A stretch of 64,000 nucleotides of DNA from Acidobacteriota bacterium. Lineage in GTDB: Bacteria > Acidobacteriota > JAQAZP01. The position numbers and the translations under genes are program-made. Location of the stretch: positions 1,272-65,271 of the forward strand of contig JAQAZP010000279.1 of NCBI GenBank assembly GCA_032127265.1, given 5' to 3'. Numbering within the stretch: the first letter of the stretch is position 1; each line of letters starts with the position of its first letter. Under the pieces are notes generated by a model, which did no database searches, was not told the DNA's origin, and was given only the letters and a program-made list of their open reading frames with translations. Of this stretch, positions 7,749 through 16,197 are shown in pieces.

Positions 7749-10199
7749 ATGCGGAGAAGCATCGTATTTCGTTCATCGACTGGCCTGGCCATCCTGCTCA
7801 CTCTCCTCCTGCTGCCCGCCTGCGGCGCGCCGGAGGGCGATGAGCAGAAGCCCACCCCGGAAAGCATCGCCGCCGAAACCGCCCTGACGGTGACCGGCGG
7901 CCCTTCGGTGCTGCTGGTCACTGTGGATACCCTGCGTGCCGACCGGCTTTCCTGCTACGGTTTCACCGGTGGCTCCACCCGCTACATCGACGAGCTGGCA
8001 GCAGGGGGAGCGCTTTTCGAGGACGTTGTCACCCCGGTCCCGATCACCCTCCCCTCCCATGCCGCGATTCTCACCGGTCTCTACCCCGCCACACTGGGGG
8101 TGCACAACAACGGCACGTACCGCCTCGGCCAGCAGGCGGTGACCCTGGCCGAGCTGTTCGGGGAGGCCGGCTACCGGACGGGTGCTTTCGTCAGCGCCTA
8201 TGTCCTCGACTCGGTCTTTGGCCTGGACCAGGGGTTTGACGTATACAACGACAAGATGCCCGAGCGGCGCGGCACGGTGCTCACCGAGCGCCGGGCGGAC
8301 CTGGTGGTCAGCGCCGCGGTGAAATGGCTGGCCCAGAAGAGCCCCCAGCCCTTTTTCGCCTGGGTCCACATCTGGGATCCCCACTTTCCATATACGCCGC
8401 CGGAACCGATGAAGAGCAACTATCCCGACGATCCCTATTTCGGTGAAGTGGCCTTTGTGGACTCCCAGTTGGGCCTGCTGTTCAAGTCGCTGGAGGCGCT
8501 GGGGTTCAAAGGGGAAAACCTGTTGGTGGCGGTCACTGCCGATCATGGCGAAGGCCTGGGCGAGCACGACGAGACGAGCCACGGGGTCTTCATTTACGAC
8601 AGCACCGTGCAGGTGCCGCTGCTGATGCGGATGGGCGGGAGGATCGATGCCGGCCAGCGGATCCCCCACATGGTGCGGACCCTCGACATCGCCCCCACTC
8701 TGCTCGACCTGGTGGGGCTCAATGTGCCCGATGGTATGGAAGGCATGTCGCTGGCCCCGCTGATGACTGCTCCGGGCGCTGCGGAAGAACCGGCAGAGGA
8801 CCCCGGCCTCAGTTGTTACCTCGAGTCGGTGTACGGCCAGGAAAACTACGGCTGGAGCCCGCTTTACGGCATTCGTACCGGGCAGGCGAAGTATATCCGT
8901 GCCCCGGAGCCGGAGTTCTACCGTCTCGATCAGGACCGGGACGAGTTGGACAACCGCTGTACCGCCGAACCGGACGCTGCCGCCGGACTGGCGGCTTCCT
9001 TCGAGGCGCTCGCCGGACAGCTGGCGGGCGGGGAGTCCCTGGCTGACCAGGACTGGTCGCCTGCCGAGGGAGTGAAAGCGAGACTGGAGCTGCTCGGCTA
9101 CCTCTGGGCGCAGCCGCCGAGCAGAGAAGGATCTGCTGAAGACGGTGCGGGTGTCGATCCCAAGACCATGGTCAAGTGGGACGCCCGGCGTGAGGAAGGT
9201 CTGAAACTGGTGCGGCAGGGCAGTTGGGACGAGGGTTTGAAGATCCTGCGGGAGGTGGCCGCGGGAGACCCGGCCAACCCCATGGTCTGGGAGAACATCA
9301 CCGAGGGTGAGATGGCCCGCCGCAACCAGGCCGCGGCGCTGGCCGCGGCCGAACGCGGTTTGGCCCTTCGTCCCCGCAACCCCAACCTCAACATCTTCAA
9401 GGCAACCCTGTTGATCCAGCTGGGCCGGACGGAGGAGGCAGTGCGCCATCTCCAGGGACAGCTGGAAAGCCACCCGGACACGGCCGCGATCCACTACCAT
9501 CTCGGCGGCGCGCTCTCCGCTGCCGGCCGGCGGGAGGAGGCACTGGCCCACTACACCGAGGCGGAGAAGCTGGGCATGCGCAACCCCATGGTGCCGTTCC
9601 AGAGGGGGATGGCCCTGTTCCAGAGCGGGCGTTACGGGGAGGCGGTGGAGGCGTTTCGCGAGGTGGTGCAGTTCAAACCCGACTTTGCCGAAGCCTGGCT
9701 CAACATCGGTGTGAACAGTTTTCGCCTGAATCGTTACGAGGAGGCCAACGAGGCCTATGCCCGGGCCATTGAGCTGGACCCGGACAACGCCTTGTTCCGG
9801 TCCACCTACGGCTACTTCCTCACCCAGACCGGCCAGACCGCCGAGGCGCTGCGGCAGCTGGAGCGGTCCCTGGAAATCGACCCTGAGTTCGTCTGGGCGC
9901 ACACCAACCTGGCCTGGTACTACTGCATGGGCGGCTCGCAGGCCCTCAACCCGGACAAAGCCCTTCACCACTCGAAGAAGGCGTTGGCGCTCTCCGGCCC
10001 CAACCCGCCGGAAAATATTCTCAACACCCGTGCCGAGGCGCTCAGCGCCGCCGGCAAGTATGAAGAGGCGATGGCGCTCAATGCACGGTTGAAGGCCGCC
10101 TATCCGGATAATCCCTACTACGACATGCAGGCCAAGAGGTTCGAGAGCAGCTGGTTCCTCGATGAGAACCGCCGGAGGGCGGAGGAGAAGAAGCCCTAG
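7749..10199 (+). CDS. Lipoprotein with N-terminal sulfatase / alkaline-phosphatase-superfamily domain fused to C-terminal TPR repeats
   Basis: Lipobox at LLLLPACG. Sulfatase N-terminal signature LLVTVDTLRADRLSCYG, later DHGEGLGEH. The C-terminal ~350 aa carry repeated TPR-like A/L/Y/E-rich helices (AWLNIGV..YEEANEAYARAIELDP etc.). The ORF-track start at 7197 is an in-frame upstream extension with no signal peptide; the ATG at 7749 gives a clean lipoprotein N-terminus. Confidence 0.75.
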   Translation: MRRSIVFRSSTGLAILLTLLLLPACGAPEGDEQKPTPESIAAETALTVTGGPSVLLVTVDTLRADRLSCYGFTGGSTRYIDELAAGGALFEDVVTPVPITLPSHAAILTGLYPATLGVHNNGTYRLGQQAVTLAELFGEAGYRTGAFVSAYVLDSVFGLDQGFDVYNDKMPERRGTVLTERRADLVVSAAVKWLAQKSPQPFFAWVHIWDPHFPYTPPEPMKSNYPDDPYFGEVAFVDSQLGLLFKSLEALGFKGENLLVAVTADHGEGLGEHDETSHGVFIYDSTVQVPLLMRMGGRIDAGQRIPHMVRTLDIAPTLLDLVGLNVPDGMEGMSLAPLMTAPGAAEEPAEDPGLSCYLESVYGQENYGWSPLYGIRTGQAKYIRAPEPEFYRLDQDRDELDNRCTAEPDAAAGLAASFEALAGQLAGGESLADQDWSPAEGVKARLELLGYLWAQPPSREGSAEDGAGVDPKTMVKWDARREEGLKLVRQGSWDEGLKILREVAAGDPANPMVWENITEGEMARRNQAAALAAAERGLALRPRNPNLNIFKATLLIQLGRTEEAVRHLQGQLESHPDTAAIHYHLGGALSAAGRREEALAHYTEAEKLGMRNPMVPFQRGMALFQSGRYGEAVEAFREVVQFKPDFAEAWLNIGVNSFRLNRYEEANEAYARAIELDPDNALFRSTYGYFLTQTGQTAEALRQLERSLEIDPEFVWAHTNLAWYYCMGGSQALNPDKALHHSKKALALSGPNPPENILNTRAEALSAAGKYEEAMALNARLKAAYPDNPYYDMQAKRFESSWFLDENRRRAEEKKP

Positions 10200-10208
10200 C
10201 CAGGAATC

Positions 10209-13200
10209 TCACTTCTCTCTTTCCAGCAGGGCGGAGAAGAGGTCGGTGACCGGTACTCCGGGGAGTTGTCCTCGCTCCCTCCCGCCGGCCGTCTCGATCA
10301 GCCGCTGGATTTCCGTGCCGTCACGGCAGGAGGGGCAGCCGCTGACCAGTCGGTCCACCGGGCTCCGTTTCACGGCCCGCAGCAGTTCGGCCGCCACCTC
10401 GGTGCCGATGCGGGGGCGAAAGAGCCGAGCCGAACCGGAGAGCCCGCAGCAGTCGGTGAAACTGGCCATCGCGCCGTAGGCCGAGTTGAGCAGCGCTTCC
10501 TGGGCCGCGGTGGCCGCGGCCGTGTTGTGGCAGGGGACCTTGAGCCCGGGCCGGCCCTGGCTTCTCAGGTCGGGCAGCCGTGCGGAGCCGCCGATCAGCG
10601 CTTCGGCGGCCGGTTCGGCCGCGTCCCGCACCCGGATCACCCCCACGGCGCCTCCCGCCTCCTCCAGCAGGCCGGCCACCGGCTCCCACTGCTGCTTCTC
10701 CTGGACATAGCCTTCCACCAGCTCCCGGTAGCCGTGGTCCTGGTCGTAGCGGCGGGCAATCTCGCGAATCTCCTCCTGACAGGTGGGGCAATTGGAGAAG
10801 ACGGTCAGCGGCAGGGCCGCACCGCGCCGGCGCAGCCGGGCCGCGGCGATCAGCAGTTCGGCCAGGGTGCGGCCGCTGACCCGGGCTTCGGACTCCAGGT
10901 CCATGTTGGCCCGCCAGGGGAAGCCGCAGCAGAGATCGGCCTCCAGGTCGGCGAAGGAGATGCCGGCCATCCCGCACAGCACCCGGTCGGCGGCGAGACT
11001 GGCTCCGCCCCGGGCCAGAGAGTCCATGCAGCCGCGGAAGCGGATCAGGGCCGGGGCGCCATCAACCGCACCCTCGGGGCCCAGCACCAGGAAGTTGTCC
11101 CCCTCGTGGATCCTCGTTCCACTGACTGCGGGGGAATACCGGCGGATGCGGAACGGCGGCAGCGAGATGTAGGTCTTGAACCAGGCGGGCAGCGGCATTG
11201 AACGGAGCAGTGCGTTCAGCGGTTGGCCCAACCGCTGCAGCAGCGCCGCCGCGGTGTAGAGCGAGCCGCGCAGGGGGTGCTCGTCGAGCATCAGGTCATA
11301 GAGCAGGCCGGCGGCCGGATTTTTGCGCGGCCGCTCGCCGGCCCCGGCCAGACCGCGCCAGGCGGCCACCAGGGGATGGAGGTCGATCTCCGCCGGACAG
11401 ACCTGGTCACAGCGCCGGCAATAGAAGCACTTGGCCAGCCGCGGGTCGGTTTCCAGCAGCGGGGCGGCCAGTTCGTGGGGCAGTCCGTCCGGTGAGGAGA
11501 AGTCCGCGCCGCCGCTGACACCGAGGAAGCAAAGCTTCTCCAGGATCAGCAGCAGGTCGCGCTTGGCCGGCAGCAGGCCCCGGTGAAAGAGAACAGGGGT
11601 GAGGCCCCGTCTTCCCCTTTCCGCCGCCCGGCGGCGGATCCGGGCCTCGGCATCGATCACCGGGCAGACCTTGCAGGCATTGCAGCGGGTGCAGTTTTTG
11701 GCCTCGTTCAGGGCATGGGCCGCTGGTGATCCTGCGGGCACTGCGCCGGCCACCAACTCGTGAGAGTGGGCCAGCAGGCGCGCGTGCACCTGGCGGGAGA
11801 TTCTCGAGCGGAGAAAGATGGTCATCGGGTTGAACATCCCCGACGGGTCGATGGCGTCTTTCACGGCGGCGATGCGCTGGAACTCGTTCTCCGAGATGTG
11901 GCCGAGAAAGAGCAGTGGCGCCTTGCCGGCCAGGCCGTGCTCGCCGGTGAACGCGGCCCGGGGATTCCCCTGCTCATCGGGTGAGCAGAGTTCGATCATT
12001 TTTTCGGTGAGCAGGCTCCAGGCGGCAGCGGCTTCGGCCTCGTCGTAGATGTCGAACCCGCCAATGTTCCAGTGCAGGATCGCCGATTCGGGCGGGTCGA
12101 GGTGCGCGAAGAGGATCGAGGAGAGTTGCGGAATCGTGCGGTCCAGACCGGTGAGCAAGGCCGCCGCCGCTTCGAGCTGGTCCAGGCGGATTTCCGGGTC
12201 GGTTTTGCACTTGGTGCGCAGCAGGGTAGGCAGTTTCTCCCGGGGGGCCTTGAGCGCTTCGGCCTCGGGGCAGCGCTCCCCGGCCCGCCGGAGGGGCGAG
12301 ATGGAGACGCGGGCCGCACCATCTCTAGCCAGGGCGGCCAGCCGGTCTGCCTGCCGGTCCACCTCCTGCTCCGTTTCCCCCTCCAGGTCGAGAAGCACAT
12401 ACGCTTCGTCGCCGGGTCGGAGCTGGTCCGGGAAGCGGTCCAGCAGGAGGTCCTTGATGGCCCGGCTGGTGACGATTTCGAAGAAGGGCGGCTGTTCTTG
12501 GGCGGGCCGCGACTTCACCGCACGGACAAAGGTCATGGCCTCTCCGGCCGTGGTGAAGTTGAAGGCGGCCGTGCACGCCCGGGCCGGCTGCCGGTCGAGG
12601 AGCAGGGTCAGTTCGCTGATCAAGCCCGTGCACCCCTCGGCGCCCACGAAGAGGCTCATCGGCAGGAACGGCATGCCCACGCCTGACCCGCCTCCGGCGG
12701 CCCGCCTCAATGCGTCCAGATCATCGGGCCCCACTCCCCAGAATTTGGTGGTGGCCATGAACGGGGTGCGGGGCAGAAGAAGAAGCTCCCGGTCGGAGGG
12801 AGCGAAGCGCATGCTGGCCCCGCCGTGGATCACGGCCCGCCCCTCCAGCACTACCTCCTGGATCCGCTTCCCGGCGTGGGATCCGGTGCCGGCGATGCCG
12901 CCCACCGAAGCGCGAGGGGTGTTGGGGCGGCAACGGAGCACCAGACCCGCCTGCTCGGCGGTATCGATCACATCGAGCCAGGCGGCGCCGGCGCCGGCGG
13001 TGAGCTTCATCCGCCCCGGGCCGAAACGCCGCTCTTCATCTGCTTGCAGCGGCCGCGGCTCACCGATGAGGTTCATCCCCTTCAACGAAACGGTGAGCGC
13101 TCCGGCCATGGGCACCACACCCATGTTGTACCCGCCGCCATCGCCGTAGGGGATCAGCGGGACGGCCAGGCCGGTGGCCAGACGGACCAGTTCGACCAGC

Positions 13201-13682
13201 TGGCGTTCGTCGTGGACCACGGCCAGCCCTTCACTGGTCAGGCAGCGGTACTCCATGGAGTCGCTGGAGTGGGCTTCCCGGTCCGCCCAGTTGAGCGAGA
13301 AGGCGGCCCGTCCGAGGATCTTTTCGAAATCATGGCAGTGAAGGCGGAGGGTCCGGCGGACCGTGAGCAACTGGTCCACCCGCTGAATGGTGAAGCGAAG
13401 CTGCTCCGGGGGGAGCGATTTCTTCAATTGGGGAAGCAGATGCCGTTCCCACTCCTCACTGTCCACCAGGGCGGGGAGCAGGGTGAAGGCGCCGCTGTAA
13501 TCCCCGCAACCTGCATCCACCGGGGGGGCGGCGGCCAGGGGATCGAAGAGCGCCTCCATTTTGCGGAGCCGCTGATCAGAATAATCAGACACGATTGGGG
13601 CCCTTTCTGGAGCGAGTCGCGGCCCAAGCGGGCCGCAAACACCCCTGGCGGGCACTATATCGGGCGCTGAAAAGAGGGTCAA
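10209..13682 (-). CDS. Fusion oxidoreductase: FAD-linked oxidase (GlcD / D-lactate dehydrogenase-like) plus Fe-S / cysteine-rich (GlcF/CCG-like) domains, YdiJ-like
   Basis: FAD PCMH region (LAVPLIPYGDGGGY...) is followed by a berberine/FAD-oxidase C-terminal-like region. Ferredoxin-like cluster CTRCNACKVCPV and second cluster CFYCRRCDQVCPAEID are followed by Cys-rich CCG-type repeats (CCGFPW, FTDCCGLSG). The start is uncertain: the TTG at 13682 has no RBS, and Met at 13559 is an alternative. Confidence 0.7.
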   Translation of the reverse strand: MTLFSAPDIVPARGVCGPLGPRLAPERAPIVSDYSDQRLRKMEALFDPLAAAPPVDAGCGDYSGAFTLLPALVDSEEWERHLLPQLKKSLPPEQLRFTIQRVDQLLTVRRTLRLHCHDFEKILGRAAFSLNWADREAHSSDSMEYRCLTSEGLAVVHDERQLVELVRLATGLAVPLIPYGDGGGYNMGVVPMAGALTVSLKGMNLIGEPRPLQADEERRFGPGRMKLTAGAGAAWLDVIDTAEQAGLVLRCRPNTPRASVGGIAGTGSHAGKRIQEVVLEGRAVIHGGASMRFAPSDRELLLLPRTPFMATTKFWGVGPDDLDALRRAAGGGSGVGMPFLPMSLFVGAEGCTGLISELTLLLDRQPARACTAAFNFTTAGEAMTFVRAVKSRPAQEQPPFFEIVTSRAIKDLLLDRFPDQLRPGDEAYVLLDLEGETEQEVDRQADRLAALARDGAARVSISPLRRAGERCPEAEALKAPREKLPTLLRTKCKTDPEIRLDQLEAAAALLTGLDRTIPQLSSILFAHLDPPESAILHWNIGGFDIYDEAEAAAAWSLLTEKMIELCSPDEQGNPRAAFTGEHGLAGKAPLLFLGHISENEFQRIAAVKDAIDPSGMFNPMTIFLRSRISRQVHARLLAHSHELVAGAVPAGSPAAHALNEAKNCTRCNACKVCPVIDAEARIRRRAAERGRRGLTPVLFHRGLLPAKRDLLLILEKLCFLGVSGGADFSSPDGLPHELAAPLLETDPRLAKCFYCRRCDQVCPAEIDLHPLVAAWRGLAGAGERPRKNPAAGLLYDLMLDEHPLRGSLYTAAALLQRLGQPLNALLRSMPLPAWFKTYISLPPFRIRRYSPAVSGTRIHEGDNFLVLGPEGAVDGAPALIRFRGCMDSLARGGASLAADRVLCGMAGISFADLEADLCCGFPWRANMDLESEARVSGRTLAELLIAAARLRRRGAALPLTVFSNCPTCQEEIREIARRYDQDHGYRELVEGYVQEKQQWEPVAGLLEEAGGAVGVIRVRDAAEPAAEALIGGSARLPDLRSQGRPGLKVPCHNTAAATAAQEALLNSAYGAMASFTDCCGLSGSARLFRPRIGTEVAAELLRAVKRSPVDRLVSGCPSCRDGTEIQRLIETAGGRERGQLPGVPVTDLFSALLEREK

Positions 13683-13707
13683 GAAAAGGCGCGCCGCCTG
13701 CGGAGGG

Positions 13708-14028
13708 CTATTCGTCCTCGAGCACCACCGCGGTACCGTAGACCAGAATCTCGGCGGCGCTGGTCATCATCATTGATGTGGAGAAGTTTATTTCGATCAC
13801 CGCGTTGGCCCCCAGCGACTTGGCCTCGGCCACCATGCGGTCGATGGACTGCTCGCGGCTCTCGGCCATCATCTTGGTGTATTCGGGGACCTCGCCGCCG
13901 ACGATGTTGCGAAACCCGGCCAAAATGTCCTTGCCCATGTGGCGGCAACGGATGCTGTTGCCCCGCACCAGACCGAGCATCTTGACGATCTTCTTCCCGG
14001 TAACGAAATCGGTGGTGACCACGATCAT
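13708..14028 (-). CDS. YbjQ/UPF0145 family small protein
   Basis: A 106 aa protein, MIVVTTDFVTGKKI...SAAEILVYGTAVVLEDE. Its size and sequence pattern match the YbjQ family as I recall it. It overlaps the upstream anti-sigma stop by 4 bp. Confidence 0.55.
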   Translation of the reverse strand: MIVVTTDFVTGKKIVKMLGLVRGNSIRCRHMGKDILAGFRNIVGGEVPEYTKMMAESREQSIDRMVAEAKSLGANAVIEINFSTSMMMTSAAEILVYGTAVVLEDE

Positions 14029-14498
14029 CGAATGACCCTCCTGTACTTGTCCTTGCCGTAAGCCTTGAAGCGGTCCACAAGCACCGAGACAAAAAGAAGG
14101 CCCAGACCGGAACTGAGGCCGAAGACCATCAGTTTCACCAGCAGGTCTTCTCCCGAGGAGAGGAACTGCCAGGCGCCGTAAATCAGCAGACAGGCGGTCC
14201 AGATGACCACCAGCACCCAGCCCAGGCCGCGGGCGCCGCTGCTGAAAATGCCCCGCGCGTGTTCGTCCCACTGCTCTTCAGTCGGTTCCGCGAATTTCAT
14301 ATCCATGGTCGCCTCCCTCAGACTCTTCAGTTCGGCCAGCTCCCGGCGCAGTTCCTCGCTGGCTTCGAGGCGGACCTCCACGAACTGTGCTTCGGCCTGG
14401 GTCAGTTCGCCGTCCAGATACCCGGAGAGCAGCCCTTCGTCGTGCATCCGGCGACGGTCTTCCTGTTCCATTCCGTCGGTCTTGTCCCTGGGGGTCAT
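14025..14498 (-). CDS. Membrane-anchored anti-sigma factor (putative cognate of the upstream ECF sigma)
   Basis: Lies immediately downstream of and co-directional with an ECF sigma gene (7 nt gap). Acidic N-terminal region with GYLDGEL motif typical of anti-sigma N-domains. Two hydrophobic TM segments (GWVLVVIWTACLLIYGAW, LMVFGLSSGLGLLFVSVLV). Confidence 0.5.
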   Translation of the reverse strand: MTPRDKTDGMEQEDRRRMHDEGLLSGYLDGELTQAEAQFVEVRLEASEELRRELAELKSLREATMDMKFAEPTEEQWDEHARGIFSSGARGLGWVLVVIWTACLLIYGAWQFLSSGEDLLVKLMVFGLSSGLGLLFVSVLVDRFKAYGKDKYRRVIR

Positions 14499-14504
14499 GA
14501 GTTA

Positions 14505-15137
14505 CTACTCCTCGTCATCCCTGGTCAGCTCCTCGCGGAGCCGGCGCCGGGCCTGGTGCAGCCGGGACATCACTGTCCCCTTGGGAATTCCCAGCACTTC
14601 GGCCATCTCCAGATAGGAGAGGTCCTGGAAATCCCGCAGCACCAGAATGGTCCGGTGCTTCTCGTCCAGCCGGCCCATGGCACTCCAGATTTGTATCTTC
14701 AGCTCATTCCGCTCCAGCAGCACGTCAGCTGAAGGTGTGCGCTCGTCGCCCACGGTTTCGTGCAGCGGCCGTCCTGCTTCGCCGTCCTGGCCCCGGCCCG
14801 GATCGTCCAGCGAAACAGCCCGCCGTACGCGCCGGCGCCGCAGAAGATCGATGCACAAGTTGCGCACGATCCGCAGCAGCCAGGCCCCGAAGGGGCGGGT
14901 GGTGTCGAACTGGCCGAGGTTGCTGTAGGCCCTGATGAACGATTCCTGGAAGATATCCAGTGCGTCCTCCCGGTTGCCCACGATCTGCAGGGCGAGGAAG
15001 AATGTCTGCTGCCGGTATTTTTCCACCAGCGGTCTGAACATTTCCTTGTTTCCTTCCCGGCAGGATTCGATGGCCCTTTGCTCGTCGAAATCGCCGGAGA
15101 TGGCAACCGTTCCGTTCATCGTTACCCCGATCATCAC
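14505..15137 (-). CDS. ECF-type RNA polymerase sigma-70 family factor
   Basis: Region 2 (LVEKYRQQTFFLALQIVGNREDALDIFQESFIRAY) and region 4 helix-turn-helix (LSYLEMAEVLGIPKGTVMSRLHQARRRLRE) are present. The start is ambiguous between GTG 15137, ATG 15134 and ATG 15119. Confidence 0.8.
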   Translation of the reverse strand: MMIGVTMNGTVAISGDFDEQRAIESCREGNKEMFRPLVEKYRQQTFFLALQIVGNREDALDIFQESFIRAYSNLGQFDTTRPFGAWLLRIVRNLCIDLLRRRRVRRAVSLDDPGRGQDGEAGRPLHETVGDERTPSADVLLERNELKIQIWSAMGRLDEKHRTILVLRDFQDLSYLEMAEVLGIPKGTVMSRLHQARRRLREELTRDDEE

Positions 15138-15283
15138 CCCGTTTACGGGTTGAAGGCAGATTTATTCATAAATTTCGGGAGGCAAACCGAAATAATTTCC
15201 AGTTGTAGCAGAAAGCCCTGCGGGGGCGCAATCGGGAGTGGCGACTTGCATCGAAACACGGCTCTTTGTTACCGTCCTCAACC

Positions 15284-16078
15284 ATGAAACAGACTATCGA
15301 ATCGGGGATGTTCGTCAGGGAACTGGGGCCGGCCAGGGCCAACCTGACTCTGCTCTGGGTGCACGGTCTGGGGGAATCGGGGCTCTGCTTCGAGCGGATC
15401 GCCGCACACCCCGGGCTACGCGCCTGCCGCCAGCTGATCCCCGACCTCCCGGGATATGGCCGCAGCGCCTGGCCCGCTGAGCCCCTGCCGCTGGCCGGCC
15501 AGGCTGATCTGCTGGCCGGCTGGCTGACATCCCGTGGCGAGGGCCCGGTGGTGCTGGTGGGCCACTCCATGGGTGGAGTGATGGGCACTCTGTTCTGCGA
15601 GCGGCGCCCCGGGGCGGTGCGGGCTTTCGTCAACGTGGAAGGAAATCTCAGCCCCGGGGACTGCGTGTTCAGCGGCCAGGCGGTGCGAATGGATCGGGAT
15701 CGCTTCGTTGACGGCGGATTTTCGAAGATGTGCGAACTGATCTGCGCCCAGGGGGCCGGGCTACCGGCCCACCGCGGCTACTATGCCAGCCTGCGGCTCT
15801 GCGACCCGCGGCTCTTTCACCTGAACAGCCGCGAACTGGTGGAGATTTCGGCCACGGAAGGCATGGCCCGGCGGCTGGCCGACCTGTCCCTCCCGGCGTG
15901 GTACGTGGCCGGCGCACCAGACGGGGTCTGCCCCCGTTCGCACCAGCTGCTGGAGCAGGCCGGGATCAGCCCGGTCATCCTTGAACTTTCCGGCCACTGG
16001 CCCTTCATCGACCAGCGCGACGGTTTTGCCGCCGAGCTGGCCGGTGTTCTCAACCAGCTCGCGGATACAGATCACTGA
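15284..16078 (+). CDS. Alpha/beta-fold hydrolase
   Basis: Nucleophile elbow GHSMGG and upstream HG motif (LLWVHGLGESG). Length ~265 aa. The ATG at 15284 is chosen over the upstream TTG at 15266. Confidence 0.7.
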   Translation: MKQTIESGMFVRELGPARANLTLLWVHGLGESGLCFERIAAHPGLRACRQLIPDLPGYGRSAWPAEPLPLAGQADLLAGWLTSRGEGPVVLVGHSMGGVMGTLFCERRPGAVRAFVNVEGNLSPGDCVFSGQAVRMDRDRFVDGGFSKMCELICAQGAGLPAHRGYYASLRLCDPRLFHLNSRELVEISATEGMARRLADLSLPAWYVAGAPDGVCPRSHQLLEQAGISPVILELSGHWPFIDQRDGFAAELAGVLNQLADTDH

Positions 16079-16197
16079 TGCAATCCATCCCGCGTTCCCG
16101 AGTCCCCATGTGCTACTATGAAGGCGTGTTCCGCGCCCTTCAGGGCGGTGTGGTTTCTCCGTCCGGGCCGGGACCTCTTTCTCGTGCGGGTGCAGAT

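Noticed and set aside
7773-9971. 732-aa minus-strand ORF opposite the sulfatase-TPR gene
   Set aside because: It is antisense to a gene with clear sulfatase and TPR motifs, and has a low-complexity R/G/L/V-rich translation.
15138-15265. ECF sigma-type autoregulated promoter (GGAAC-N16-TCnAA-like) upstream of the sigma gene
   Set aside because: Only a weak GGAAAT...CCGAAA arrangement was found on the minus strand, and the spacing and motifs are unconvincing.
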